From NCBI GenBank assembly GCA_001643675.2, contig LSRY02000021.1, positions 868,001 to 932,000 of the forward strand: a DNA stretch of 64,000 nucleotides, in the 5' to 3' direction. Positions 49,361-63,100 of this stretch are shown here, one piece after another; positions within the stretch are counted from its first letter, which is position 1, and each line of letters starts with the position of its first letter. The DNA is from Monocercomonoides exilis PA203 (Eukaryota; Protista; Preaxostyla). The notes beneath the pieces were generated by a model. The model was not told the DNA's origin and searched no databases. It worked only from the letters and a program-made list of their open reading frames with translations. The translations under genes were made by a program, and so were the position numbers.

Positions 49361-52313
49361 ATGTCTTTTCCACAAAAAGAAGATTTATCCGGCTATAACT
49401 TTGTCAATCAAGCAGGTTGGCTTCAATTTTGTTGTTTTAATTTTATCTGATTTCGTAATTAGATATTTGCCTTAAATTTCTCCAGAACTTCGAAGATAAA
49501 CTTGGAGAAAAAAAATATCAAAAAATATTACTTCAAATTGCAAAAGGAGAAGCAAATGTATTACCCATATATCTAGATGATATAGATGAGGTTTTCATCA
49601 ATTGTATTATTTGATTCAATTTTCTTTGTTTATTTTTAATCAACTTCACTTCAAGTTTGAAAATTTATCTGGAGGCGATGAGAAAGACAGACTTGCTGAT
49701 AGAATAGAACAAAATATAAATAGATATATTTCTATTTTTCAAGAAATTGCTGATCGTATATTGCCAGCGCAAGAACTGGAACATTTTCAACCTACTGAAG
49801 GAGACAAGCGCGAAACTTATAGACGTCACAATCTTCTAGAATTAGCACAAGCGGATAATAGAGCACAACAAGGAGAAGGTGATGAAGTGCAGCCAGGGCC
49901 TATTAGAAAAAGTCTGATTCCTCCTGCTTTAATGCGAAGATATGAATTGAGATTTATACCTCGTCAAACAATGAAACCGCTTCTCATGAGAAAAGTTATG
50001 GCTAATCAAATTGGGCATTTCGTTAAGGTTCGCGGAGTTGTTCTTCGATCAACGCCCGTTCATCCATTGATAAGAGTTGCGACATATCATTGCTCTGCTT
50101 GTGGATGCAATGTGTATCAGGAAATTAATGCAAGGCAGTATACTCCTCTTAGCAACTGCCCAACAGAAATGTGCAGAACTAATCGAACAGTTGGAACATT
50201 AACATTCGAACCCAGAGAATCAAAATTTGTGAAATTCCAAGAAGTCCGTCTTCAAGAGCTTACATCTGAAGTTCCGGTTGGGCATATTCCTCGCCACCTG
50301 ACAGTATTTTTAGAAGGAGATTTGACGCAAAGTTGTCTTCCTGGTGATGTTATTGCGATAAGTGGAGCATTTCTTCCTCTCCCAGCAACGGGCTTCAGGA
50401 AATTGCGGATGGGTCTTCTTGTTGATACGTATCTTCAAGGGCAGCACATTGAAAAAATCAAGAAAACAGGCGAATTAAACGACGAAGAAAATCTGAAACT
50501 CGCAGAAGAAGAGGAAGAGCGGGACAAAGAACAAGAAGGACTCGAGTTGGGGCTGAGGCTGTTGAGAAGCGAAGAGTCTGGCTCGTCTTCGGCAATCGTC
50601 CCTGCAAGTGGCGCTCCACAGCGTTCGCTGATGAGCCTGGAAGACAGGCAGCAGCTTTTGTTGCAGCGCAGGATTGAATATCTTCGTAATCACAGTGAAA
50701 ACATTTACGAACAACTGGCAGCTTCAATAGCACCGCAGTTGTTTGGTCTGGTCGATGAAAAGAAAGCGATTCTGCTTCAAATGATGGGTTCGCCAACTGT
50801 TATTGCAGAGGACGGCATGTTGATTCGAGGAGATATTCACATATGTTTCATGGGAGATCCTGGTGTGGCAAAGTCACAGCTGCTGAAAGCTGTGTGCGAT
50901 CTCGTTCCTCGCAGCGTGTACACAACAGGAAAGGGATCAACAGGTGTTGGTTTAACTGCAGCTGTGCTGAAGGATCCGATGACTGGGCAAACGATCTTGG
51001 AAGGTGGGTCGCTTGTGATGGCTGATCGGGGTGTTTGCTGCATTGATGAGTTTGACAAGATGGACGATGCAGACAAGACCGCCATTCACGAAGTGATGGA
51101 GCAGCAGACTGTGTCCATCGCAAAGGGAGGAATTACAACAACGCTCAATGCACGAACAGCTATTCTTGCTGCGGCCAATCCTGCTTTTGGGAGATATAAC
51201 AGACGCCGATCGCCGTGGGAGAACATCAACCTTCCTCCGGCTTTGCTTTCACGGTTTGATCTGCTGTTCCTGATCATCGACAAGCCAGATTTTGAGAGAG
51301 ATTTGGAGCTTGGGCGGTATATTGGCACAGTCCACAGAACAAAGAGATCGCCTTTGATGCAAAAAGATGCACTGATTTCAATGCTTCCAGACATTGACGA
51401 TGTTCTGGGAACTGAAGAAGATTCAGCAAAGGGAGATGAACAACTTCCTGAAGAAGAGGAGGAGGAGAAAGGGAAGAAAGGGAAAGGGAAAGGGAAGGGA
51501 AAAGATAAAAGCAAAAGAAAAAATGTTCAATCAACAACCAGCGCACGCATCATTCCTTCAAACACACTTATTCCACATTCACTTCTTTCAGCTTATATCG
51601 AACGTGCTCGTCGCCTTCAGCCAGTTATTCCTGCAGCTCTGTCAGACTCGATTTCTGAGCTGTTTGTGGCGATGCGAAGAGAAGAAGTAGAAAGCGACCG
51701 CCCTCAAACATACACATCTGCACGGTCGCTTCTGGCGATTCTTCGACTTGCGCGTGCGTTGGCGAGAGTGTGGCTGAGGAGCGAAGTGACGCCTGATGAT
51801 CTGAGAGAGGCGAAGAGACTTGTTGACTCGAGCAGGGCACAGCTGCAAACTGACGATGAGAGAAGAGGAAGAAAAGCGAAAGAGGAGCTGAGCAGAGGAA
51901 GTGAAATGTACAATCTTCTGAGAGACATGATGGAGCAAGAAAGAGAAAAGGAAGAGATGCAGATGGGAATTAAAGAAATGGAAATGGAAAAAAGAAAGAG
52001 AAAAAAGAAGAAGACTGTGATTGTGGGTGCTGGTATGGGTGTGCTTCAGTTTGACGAAGATGAGGACGAGGACGAATACGATGAAGTTGATGTGATTGGA
52101 GACGAGGAAAGTGCGAGCAGTCGGAAAAATGCGGTGCGTTCTGGAAGGGCAAAGGAGCGTGTCAGCAGCATTTCACGTCACAGTGCTCAGTCGATGATGG
52201 TGCAGAAAGGTTATTCTGTAGAGGCGTTTAACCAGTTTTTGGAGGAGTATGTTGAGTTGGGCATCCTTGTTGTAACTGATGATAAGAAGACTATTATTCT
52301 TGCAGAAGATTAA
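49361..52313 (+). CDS. MCM7: DNA replication licensing factor MCM7, 3 exons
   Basis: ATG 49361 with two short 5' introns; PPALMRRYEL, CSACG...CPTEMC Zn finger, KFVKFQE, VPVGHIPR, GDPGVAKSQLL, IDEFDKM, ALLSRFDL, YTSARSLLAILRL. Confidence 0.95.
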
Positions 52314-53063
52314 AAAAGCTTGCTGTTTTTTTACAGCAAGAAAGAGAAGATGTTCGTAAAGTGTTGTTTAGAGAAGAGGAAATGTTCATTTCGTATTTTA
52401 TAATAATGCCAATCATGTCACTTTTATTCCATCTCTTCCATCTTTTATGTCATTTCTCACACAGATTAATATTCTAATCAAATATCAGCCTTTTATATAT
52501 TAAACGAAAGAAGTAACTATTAAACGTTACAAACGAAAAAATCATCACTGAAAAGGTACAAAAATAAAAACTGAAACAAAAACAAAAATCAAATAAAATA
52601 AAATGAGCAAAGAAAGCTTCAAATACCTCGGGTGAGATGTTAGAAAATAAAAATATCATCGCAAAATAGTTATGCAAGTTAGAAATTAACATAGAAAAAT
52701 GAGGAAGAAGAATACACTTCACAAGAAAAATGGTGTATTTGAATAAAAAATTTTAATATGAAAACAATTTAAATTTGATTGAAAAAACACAAATAAAATA
52801 ATTTTAATTAAAATACAAAAATAGAACAAAATTATTAAAACTTCGTTTTCAACGAATTCTTTCGCAATTTCTAATATCAATTTTGATATTTTCAAATTAA
52901 AAACTGCCAAAATGTATCTTGGAACAACATTTATAATGCTTCAATGGAAAATTATTTGCTCCACTTTGGCTTTATAAATAAGTTGCTCATCAACTTGGGA
53001 GAGAGAAAAAAAGAGAAAAGGAAAGAGGAAAAGAAAGAGACTGCAATATTTCTATTTCTCGCT

Positions 53064-54226
53064 TTATAAATCGGAATTTTCATCATCTTTGTGGATATCA
53101 TCTTTCAGACGAAGAAGCATTTGTGTTTTCCAGGGGTCAGGGCGATGAACCGAATCATAATTGGAAACAGCAGCTGAAGACTTAACTTCGTCTGCTTCAT
53201 CCACAGCTTCGCAGAGGGACTACTCACATTTAAAATTAAAAAAAGAAAAGAAAAGAAAGAAAGAAATTCAATGAATTTATTCCACAAATATGATTACTTT
53301 CATTACACACTTCAATCAACTTTTTTTCATATGAATCAGACAAAGAAGGATCCATCTCTTCATAACTTCTCAACTTATCTCTCACAGAATTCCTGTCCTT
53401 TGTCATCAAATGGCATATGCATGCCTTAAACCAGCACTCTTTTGCATTGAATCGACTTATTGACTCTTCCAATTTGCTACGCTATTTTATAAAGGATAAA
53501 AATTTTTATTATTTGAAAAGAAATCAAAAAAATTAGTTATCAATAATTTTAATAACTAAAAAAGGCAAACCCCAAGCGTCTCAAAAAGTTCAGAGGCTTT
53601 TAAGTAGTTTTTCTTGTGTAAAGAATAGATAATTGCAAGCTGTTCTTGGCAACGTCGCGCAGATCTAAATATTCATTAATTTTTCAAATTAAAAAATAAT
53701 ATTGTTGCTCAATCAAAATGATGTAAAAAACCTATTTTTATCGTCTATTTGATACAATTCGCATGATTCTGTGTAATTCTTAATTGCTCCATCAAAATCT
53801 CCAGCTCCTTCGCGCACTTTGGCAAGTTCCATCAAGTGGCCAGCAGCTCGATTCATTGAGCCTCCTTGCTTTTCAATATCTATAGCTTTTTCTTGACAGC
53901 GAACGTAATCTGTGTTTCACAGCCAAGCATTTATTAAGGTTTTAAAGAAAAAATTACAAACCTTCGTGATTGACTGTTTTGTAAGCTTTTGCTGCTTCCA
54001 AATACTGCTGTGCAACATCATCAAATATTCTTCCGCATTTTTTATAGCTGTCTGCAGCTTTTTCAAATGCCTTTCCAGATTCCACAAACATTCTTTGAAT
54101 CTTGTACTTGTTTGCCGCTTTGAAGAACATATCCCCAGCTTCATCGAAAGACGTTTGCCTAAAAAACCAAGAGTTCATTTTTTTGTCCGCATTGCGTTCG
54201 AGTTCCTGTGGGGATATAGAAATCAT
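53064..54226 (-). CDS. SEC17: Alpha-soluble NSF attachment protein (alpha-SNAP/Sec17), ~5 exons
   Basis: ADKKMNSWFF..FDEAGDMFFKAANKYK..SGKAFEKAAD..YLEAAKAYK; AIDI..GGSMNRAA; FNAKECWFKACICHL; YEEMDPSLSDSYEKKLI; NYDSVHRPDPWKTQMLLRLK; terminal DL*. Confidence 0.93.
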
Positions 54227-55651
54227 GTTTTGAATAATCAAAGATCAACAATATATATAATAAACTCTCAAGTTGTATGTTGAGTTTTAAATTCAATAAC
54301 TTTTCCATTTAGGTATTTGCTTTTATTTCAAATAAAAGTGTTAAAATTGAATTAATAAATGTGTTTCTAGAATCAATATGCTATTCAAGTCAGTCAGTGA
54401 TTTGAGATTTATTTGAGACGCAATTATGATGTGATTTACTTCAACAGGACATCGGCTTTTTTTAAAAAAATCAGTAAGTTGTATTTTTTCAATCCATTTG
54501 AAATAATATAAGTGAATATATAAGTATTTTCTGTGTATGCAGTGTAATAAATATTCGTGAGAAGAGACTTTACTGTTTTCAGAAACTTTTTTCATCCATT
54601 TCCCTCCAAACAGAAAAATCATATTTCTGATTTTTGACAAAATGATATGAGAAGGTATTCATTGATGATGATTTTCGAAATAATTTTGCTTTTCCATTCC
54701 TCGTTATTTCATTTCTTCAATTCACAGAATCTCCGTGATAATCCTTCTCCTTCTCATTCATTATTTCCAAGCTTGTTAGAATTTTGTTCGGTTTGAAAAA
54801 ATCTACTTCTGAAAGTTACTCATTGTATCTTCTTGTTCATTTATTCTTCCTTTTCTTATCTGATACGATAAAACATTCAAAAAAAATCAATCAAAATGAA
54901 AACAAGTATTATTTTATAAGATACGAGAACAAGTCTTGAATCTCTTGTAATTTGTTCGTTTAGAATTCGCTGAAAATTTGTTTGATAGTATTGAAAGGTC
55001 TTGAAGTCACATTTCGACCAGATCCAAAACTTCACAACTGTGTTTTTAAAATAATATTATTGAAAATGACCTCTTCCTTTCAATCGAGATTTTCTATTTG
55101 CTTTGATATGTGCCCTTCCTTCATCAAATACAATATGGCTGGTACGCATCTTCAAGCAATGATTAATAAAAAAAATTCATAAAGATAGAGATTCAAAGTT
55201 GAATGAAGTGTCTGAAGGTGGGGGGATAGGAATAAATGAATAAGTGATGCTTCATATGCGAATGAAGAACAAATAGAACATATCAATTGCGCATAGTCAA
55301 ATGTTGTTTCGAATCTTCCATCTCAATCAAAGATAGACAAAATAATCTGATGGATTATTTGATGGTCGCAGAAGATTAAAATTGATATATTTTATCCCTC
55401 CAAAACTGACAAAGATATCTTCGTATCCTTCTTCCTCATATTTGTCAAATATCTCTCGCTTGATAATGAAATAATTAGTTTCGTTCATTTCCTTATCAGC
55501 TTTAATATTTAACGTTCTTGAAAGTTTTCTGCAAAAGTTCAAGCAACGCCCTGCAAACTTATCTTTCAATGTGCAGTCATAAATGTTGCCCAAAATGATA
55601 TCAATACCTCCATTTCTCAGCAAATTGTTTAAAACAACAGTTTTAATAGTA

Positions 55652-58226
55652 CCATGGGTGCTTTACCCGCCCCCTGGTGCCAAACCCGCACCCACAAATT
55701 GAATTAAAAGTTCACATTTTGTTATATGAACACTATTCATTTTCAATCGTTGAGCAAAATAAAAATAGGACAAGTACATCATTAAATGGAGAAGTTTTAT
55801 TGTTTGGTGTTTGAGATAAAAAGGCTTCGAAGTTTTTTTTAAAAATTCTTCAACTTAATCAGTTTGCGGTAATACAAGAACAAAAAAAACCAAATGGGGT
55901 ACTCACTCGTTCTTCTTTATCAATAATCACTTTCAGCAGATGCAAACCTTTCAATGTGAAAAAACAAACAAACAAACCACGATGACAACGAAGAATAATA
56001 CTTTTCGCGACATTCAATTTCTTTTCTGCTGAAAGATGGTGAAACTGCTCTTTGAACTGGCTTCTCCTTTTCCGGTTTTCTTCTTTCATCAATGAAGCTT
56101 TCTCCACTTGTATCATCGTTGATTATTTTGTAAATTATCATTTTCTTTTTCTTTTTATGTTTTATTTCTCTTTTATCTTCATCTGCAGAAGAGCTTGACA
56201 AAAGAATGTTGAATTCTTCACGAGAATGCTTGGTTTTTGATGTTGAAGGAGTCGAAGAAGTTTTCGCTTTTTCTATTTCTTTATATTTGGATCGAAGAAA
56301 TGCAAGATGCTTTTCTGCATATTCAAGTTGTTTTTTCAATTCGAAGCTGTCCAAATCTTCTATAATTGTTGTTGAATTTAATTCGTGATCATCAGACGGA
56401 GAAGAACAGATCGATTCGTTCGGCGAAGTTGATTTTGTTGAGTTTGCTTTTTCTGAGGAATAAATATCTGATGGTATTGATGAAGCTGAAACACTTTGCC
56501 TTTTTGGTGGAGAATAGCTTCCAAAAAGTTCTTCACGCCAATCTTGAGACGAAGAATGAAGATCTTCTTTCGATGGAGAGGCTCCAATAGGTGCTCCAGA
56601 TACGCGAGAGAGAACGGGAGCTGCAGCAACAGGCCAGACTCCTGTCTTAATGAATGCTGCCTTCACTGTTGATGGAACACAAGCTGCAGCCAAGGCTTCG
56701 GGGAGAATTTCTGCAAGTTGGGCTCGATAAGAAGGGAGAGAAAATGGAGAAGGAATAACAAATTTGTTATTCAAAGTGGATTTTAGTCGAGAAAAAACAC
56801 ATGAGTCACACGGCTGAAGCAAATGTGTCATATTAGGTGGGAATTTTTTCAGAATGATGAAATTTTTTTCAGCTGCTTCAATTACAGTTTCGTCATTGTG
56901 AGTTGAATGATTATCCATTAATAAAAGTGCACGATGAGAACTTGTAGGTTTCACTTTCTCCGCGATTAATGGAATCCAGTAATTAATCATAATGTACTTG
57001 AAGATATCCTTAGTGATCCACCCGGAAGATGAAAAAATATATCTGATATCAAATGAAGAAAGTGTGCGAAACTCTTTCGGGAGTGTTTTCTTTGGCCATA
57101 GAAGAAATCGCGGTAATGAGGATCCGTCAGCGCAGATACAAAGGCATATAGTTGCATTCGGGACTTTCGGAACGAAGGGAACTTGTGGAGGAGTTTGACT
57201 TTTTAGGCAAACAACCAGTTTGTTCGATGATTCCCCACATGAGATAGACGATTCATCAAAATTGAATATATCCGCAGCTGTGATATTGTATTCCGTAACA
57301 GTGCTTAACAATTCTGAAAACCATCCTCTGATATTTTCTGGTGACTGCGCTGATATTTTTGCAACGTCCGTGTGCCTTGCGATTGCAGCCTTCAAAACAT
57401 CACTTCGTTGAATTAATTTATATGCATATTTTTTGTTGATTGTTTTGAATTCTTGCTTCGGTTTTGATGATTTTTCTATTTGATCCACACACTTAGCAAC
57501 ATGAAAATGTTACAAAAACAAATTAATAAATAATGCAAACCATGTTTTGCACATCGCGAATTCGAACTATTGTCTGATTTGATAAAAGGACTAGCACCTG
57601 GTTCTCAATTTCTTCCAATTGCTCGTTCGTAATTGCCTGAGGGTGCCCATTCCTTCCAGCTTCTCTGCCAGCTCTTTCCGCTCTTATACCTCTTTTCCAT
57701 GCATCTTTTGACACAACCTTTGCTTTTATGGCAGTTGAATATTTCACTTTAAAACTTTTTCGAATTGCGAAAAGCTTTTTCGATGGGGATTTGAATGATC
57801 GATATTCCTTGGTTGCAAGAACTCTGTGCAACTGAGTTGATGATAATTCAGGTTTTTCAGTCATCTTTATTGGGTGTGATCAAGCATATCAAAATTTCTT
57901 TTGTTGTCATTTTGAATCAAAGATAACGTTAACAAATTTCGTTGTCTGACATACAAAGCGAATAATATTGAACTGGTTTATTATTTTCACTAGCTCTGAA
58001 AAAGTTGCGATAAATATAGTCTTTGGATTAAAGAAGAAACTGGCTTAATTTTGAAAGAACAAAAATTAACGGAGATTGAGCAAAAGCAAAACTTGGATTG
58101 TTGACATCATTTTTAGCTGTTTTAAAATAGTTTTCAATAGTTAAACATCTAATTGTGTTTTGAAAGCTCATTCAAATATGAATAGGGTGCGGGTTTGGCA
58201 CCAGGGGGCGGGTAAAGCACCCATGG
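55652..58226 (-). mobile_element. Autonomous pogo/Fot1-like DNA transposon, 2575 bp
   Basis: Perfect 42-bp TIRs CCATGGGTGCTTTACCCGCCCCCTGGTGCCAAACCCGCACCC (55652-93 / 58185-226); TA TSD; internal transposase. Confidence 0.95.
55920..57864 (-). CDS. pogo/CENP-B-like DDE_1 transposase (DD35D)
   Basis: Exon 57864-57541, 49-nt GT-AG intron, exon 57491-55920. IFNFDES, CICADG, SSGWIT, LLLMDNHSTH, PPNMTHLLQPCD; 35 residues between the 2nd and 3rd Asp. Confidence 0.93.
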
Positions 58227-59641
58227 TATATAAATTTGATGTTTGAGATATGCAAATCATTAAAAGCTCAATGGAGTAGTTATTTTCTATTCTACACAAT
58301 TCAATTATGAACTTTAGCAACACCTCGTGTTCGTTTCCCCATTTGATGTGGAACAAAAAAAGAAATGCACGATATTGCACCACCCTTGAATAATCTGAAA
58401 TTCTTTAGTACGTTTCAATTCGCTTTGTTCTTTCTTCCAATTCACAGTTTTTGTCAATTCATTTAATGTATTTGTTGCTTCTCTCACAAAATGCAAGTCT
58501 TCCACAATTATGTTTGCAATTTCTTTTGTTCTATATAATCTATTGATTAAAAAATTCCAGGAAAATTGATATGCAAGCTGCGTCAGATTATGATGTTCTT
58601 GATGATACTTGATGATTTCTGTGATATCTTTCAGATACAGATCTTTTTCAATTTCCTACCCAACAAAATAAACAATAAGTCAATTCGTTAAACTTTATAA
58701 AGGATTCCACACTTGAACAAAGCAAATGCTTCTCAATGTCAGCAAAGCCATTTCCACTTCTTTTTGTGTTTTCGTTTGTTCTTCTTTGACCGAAGCTGCT
58801 TTCAAAGAGCATTGCACGCTTATTGAAATCAATTCTTTTGGTATTTCGTTGAAATATTGTGAAAGAATATTGCATTCGCAAAGATCAATCAGCAATTTTT
58901 CATTCTTCACTTTATTTTTCTTCTGTATTTCGTTAAAAATCATCTTTTCAAATCTTTTGTGTAGTAATGAATATTTATAGCATTCTGTTCTAATTCTTTT
59001 ATGTGATATGAAATAGCCTATGCATTTTAACAGTAAAAACGCGTTTTCCAAAGATATTTTCTCTTCTTCAATATTTTTGTCAATTTCATCAAATTTTTCT
59101 TTTGTAAATAACTGATTAAATTCTTCCACATTCAAATCTTCGATTAATGGATCCATTTTTCCAATTTCTATTTTTTGCGCTTCGCCATCAAGATGTTCTA
59201 GTCCAATGAACATCTCTCGAAGAATAATAACAAAAAACCATAGTACATTAGTTGTAAATTTAAATGTAACAACAACAAACTGTTAAGCTTTTCTATTTGA
59301 GACTTTATTTTCATTTATTTCCAGTAATAATGCGGTAAAGAAAATGAATTTAAAATATGGAAAAACAGCATTTAAATCAAAGGTTTGAAAGTTCAAAGTT
59401 TTCTGCATATAACTTATAATGATAAATATTATACCCGTTCTGACATTCACATTCAACTCAAAATTCAAAGTCAATAAAATTGATGAAAGACAACAACAAT
59501 TTAAAAATATGGGCAAATTTTTTATTTCTTTTTTCTGAAACTATTCCAGATATTTTTTTAACTAACATTTCTTGGTGTTATCTTCTATGCAGTTTCAACG
59601 TTTAAATCTGGAATTTTTTTTCAAAGTTTGGAGAATGAAGT

Positions 59642-59642
<1 letters not shown>

Positions 59643-59685
<43 letters not shown>
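59643..59685. repeat. poly(T) tract, ~43 nt
   Basis: Direct inspection. Confidence 0.9.
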
Positions 59686-59686
<1 letters not shown>

Positions 59687-59959
59687 TGAAATTGAATATT
59701 TTGATCAAGTTTTCAAAAAAATGAAAAATCTATCTTTAAAAGGTTAGCAGAAATTTCAAAACTGGAAAACCAAAATGTTGCAAAGAATACATTAAAAAGA
59801 AGAACAAAAAAGAAAAAAGAAAACAAAATTATTGAAACCAATTTATTATTAATAGTAATTTCTCTTTTTTTTTTTTTCTTCACCTTTGCACAGCCAACAA
59901 ATCTCCATTCATTTTATTCGTTTCATCGAATTCATCAAGCGTTAAATGAAATAGTGGAA

Positions 59960-60170
59960 CATTGGATAAATCCGATTTCAACAATGGAACTGATGTCGAT
60001 GCCTGTGGCAAAACACAGCAAAGTCCATGTGCCACGGTGGAGTATGCTCTCGGACCCATTGCTCCCTTCAGCGATGCATCCCTCTCTCTTCTCATCTCCA
60101 CTTTCACTCCCACAAACACTCTCACATTCCGTTCTCCAAATACAAAAATTAATGGAAAAGATGTATTTTT
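59960..60170 (+). pseudogene. Isolated fragment of the Cys-rich repeat family
   Basis: NGTDVDACGKTQQSPCATVEYAL matches the G-x-D-x3-CG-x4/5-PC-x-S/T repeat of the 20029-27879 protein; no continuing frame on either side. Confidence 0.6.
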
Positions 60171-63100
60171 TCAGGTTCTCATATAAATTTCTTCTAATTC
60201 TGATGGCTTTTCATTTCACTTTGCATTCATGAATTTTCGTCTTCTTTTCAACAAGAGAACATATCATCACTTTTCTTTTGAGAAGTCTAACATCGGATCG
60301 CGTAAAACATATTTCTTTGAAATTTCCTCTTCTAGTTTTTCTTCTCCATCAAAAGAAATAAAACTCGTTGCTTAAATAAATGTTTTCTATTATTCTTCTC
60401 TTCAAAAAAATATCTTTCGATAATATCAGCAAGCTCTTCAAAACTTTCAATTTTTTTTGTTATACCCATTTCACCTTTTTTGTCCGCTGCAGAGGCATTT
60501 ATTTCATAGAATTATCCTTCGATTGTTTGTATTTTTACAAATTTCTATTCCTCTCTTTGTTTCATCTTCGATGGCCCACTGAATTCGCATGACATTATGC
60601 AATCTCTCGAAGACCATCCACATAATCATTCACCACAAATATCCTATCCTGTCCTGCTCCTTCTGTTTACTGTGAATTCTTTCAGCTTCCAAATGAAAAA
60701 AGTCAGATTCGATCTTCATGGATTGCGTACCAGATGATCGACTATTCTTGATTTGAAATTGGATCACTTCCATTGACATATAATTTATACAGATATTCCA
60801 TGATAGAATAAATATTCCTTTAGTCTTTCTGAATGTGAATGAAAGTGAGAAACGATGTCGAATTCAAGGGGAGTTGAATAAAAGAGAATGAGATGAAGAG
60901 AGAGCAGGAAGTTTTAGTGGAGGAAGTGATCTAGGAGCAGCAGGATTAGCAGAAGATAGAAGTTAAGCTTGGAATTGCAGTGAAGGAGAAAAATATGTTC
61001 TGAAAGAAGGAGGAGATTTCTGCTGGAAGTTCAAAAACAAGGAAGAATTGGCTTGTGAAGAAGAGCATTGAGAAAGAGGATGAAGAGCAATGTTCACATT
61101 TGAAGCGAAATCAGCACATAATTAAAAGGCACAACCAAATTGAGCCCAGGGTGTTTCTGCATCAGATCCATTGCCATAAAATTCAGCGAAGCGAAGTGAG
61201 ACTCCAACTTTGAGAACGACAGCGAAGAAAACAGTTTTGATAGCGCATCTCTTTTTCCGGTTACGCTACTGTGACTGAATGTTCTTATCCCCTTCTCTTT
61301 CTGAAACAGCAAAGGTGATCCTTTTCCTGCTCTTTTCCTTCAATTCCTGTGCGTCGCTTCTGCTTTGTTCTCTTCATACGGCCAGCCGTCCCCTGTACCT
61401 ATGATCCACCATTCGTCTTCATAAAACTCTTCCACTCTTCTTGGGAATGGTGTCAGAATCTCGGGAAGCTTCTTCTCTCGTATGTCGTCTTCTATATCTT
61501 CATCAATTCCAGTCAAGTTGCATACTTCTTCTTTTTTTTCAGATTATTTTTTCTTAAAATTTGATATACGCTTCATCTTCCTAGCACCTGAAACAACTTG
61601 TTTGGAATTGTTCATTTAATCCTCCAATATTACTTCTTCGTTTTCATCGTTGTTCTTGCAATCATCTTCTTCATCCCCATCTTTCGTGTTATTTTCATCG
61701 CCTTCATCTTTTTCCTTGTTTCCACATCCCCAAACTCTTCCATACCCCCTCCTCATTCTCCTTCTCTTCCTCATCTCCTCCTTCTCCCTCGCTTCGTTTC
61801 CAATAAATACATACTTTGCCTTTTCCTCCAGCCCAGAATCCAGTCATCTCCTCTGCTCTTCTTCGATCTTGGTTATCTCATTCACCAGCACTTCCTCGGA
61901 TTTCCTCCGCTCCTCTGCTTCTTTTGTCTTTCGTATTCCATCTTTCTCTCCTTTCAGAATCCCATTCCCTTCTCCTCCTCTTTCTCCTCCTCACCACCAA
62001 TCATCCAAATCCCATGGCTCGCTGCATATGTTGCGTTGTTCAGCAAGAGTTCTGCAGATCAATCACATCCCTCGTGTCTGAAACGCTCCTTCTCGCTAAC
62101 ACATTTGTATTGCATAATCTGCTCTTTCCAAAAATACCACAAGGGATGGGCAGCAAGAAGGAGGAAATAGAAGAACAAGGAGAGGAAGAGGAGGAGCTTG
62201 GGTTCAGTTATGTCAAGAGATTTCTGTGCGAGAGAAGAGGAGAATGTAGCTGGAGATGAATGAGAGAGTGGCTCTGGAGAAGTTCCAACAAGAACAGAAG
62301 GGGCAGACAATTGTGTGTGTGGCAAGGAAGAAAAAGGAGGAGAAGCAAATGTTGAGGAGGCTGTGATGTTTTGAGTGTGCAGCTGGGCAGATGAGAGTGT
62401 GCTGCCGAACGAGTAAAATGTTTGCTGCTGTTCATCATCATTTTCATCACCTCCCTCTTCTCTTTCCCTGTCCCTCCTCCTCCTTTCCGTTGCTGCATGT
62501 GCAAGTCTTGTGTCGAAAGCATCAATTTGCGATGTTCAAAACTCGTCTTTCTCCTTCGTCTTCGTCTTCGCCTTTGGCTCTTCCTGCTACCTCCTTTTCC
62601 TCTGCTCTGCGCTAAATTCACTTCTGGAATCCGCCATCTTTGCCTCTTCCATTTAGCATGTGCTTCTCTCCCTTCGCTTCTAGGCGGTGCCATAATGCGA
62701 GAAGATGGGAGCAACGTCCCTGAGAGCTCCTTCCGCTTCCCACTGCCATTCCTCCTGCGATGCCCATTCACCTCATTCACTCCGTTCAGCACAGCCTTAG
62801 CGCGGAAGCTGTATGAAGTGCTGAAGCAGAGCGGAATGCACCTCTGTGGAAGAGGATAACAGTTCAAATGAAAGCTCAGCAATCCCACAGATGGTATAGA
62901 TAGCAAAAATGAAAATGTTGAGAACATGGAAATCGAATGAAGCATTATTTGGTGAGTGAAATCAAGCTGCTAATTGAACATCATATATGAATTTGAAATG
63001 TGATGATTCAAATGACATGAAATGACAGGAAATATCATTGAAAAAGAGGAGGAAGGTGAATGTTTGATGTTACAGAGAAATCCATTAAGAATCTGATGAT

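Larger units (their letters stand above)
55327..59314 (-). pseudogene. Member of a lineage-expanded helical-repeat family, disrupted by the pogo insertion
   Basis: Pieces 58695-59213 (LLIDLCEC..KEVEMALLTL), 58314-58505, 58229-58383 and 55327-55649 (YEEEGYED). Excising 55652-58228 gives continuous ...SNLYTIKTVVLNNLLRNGGID.... Also an apparent frameshift at the A-run near 58355. Confidence 0.75.
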
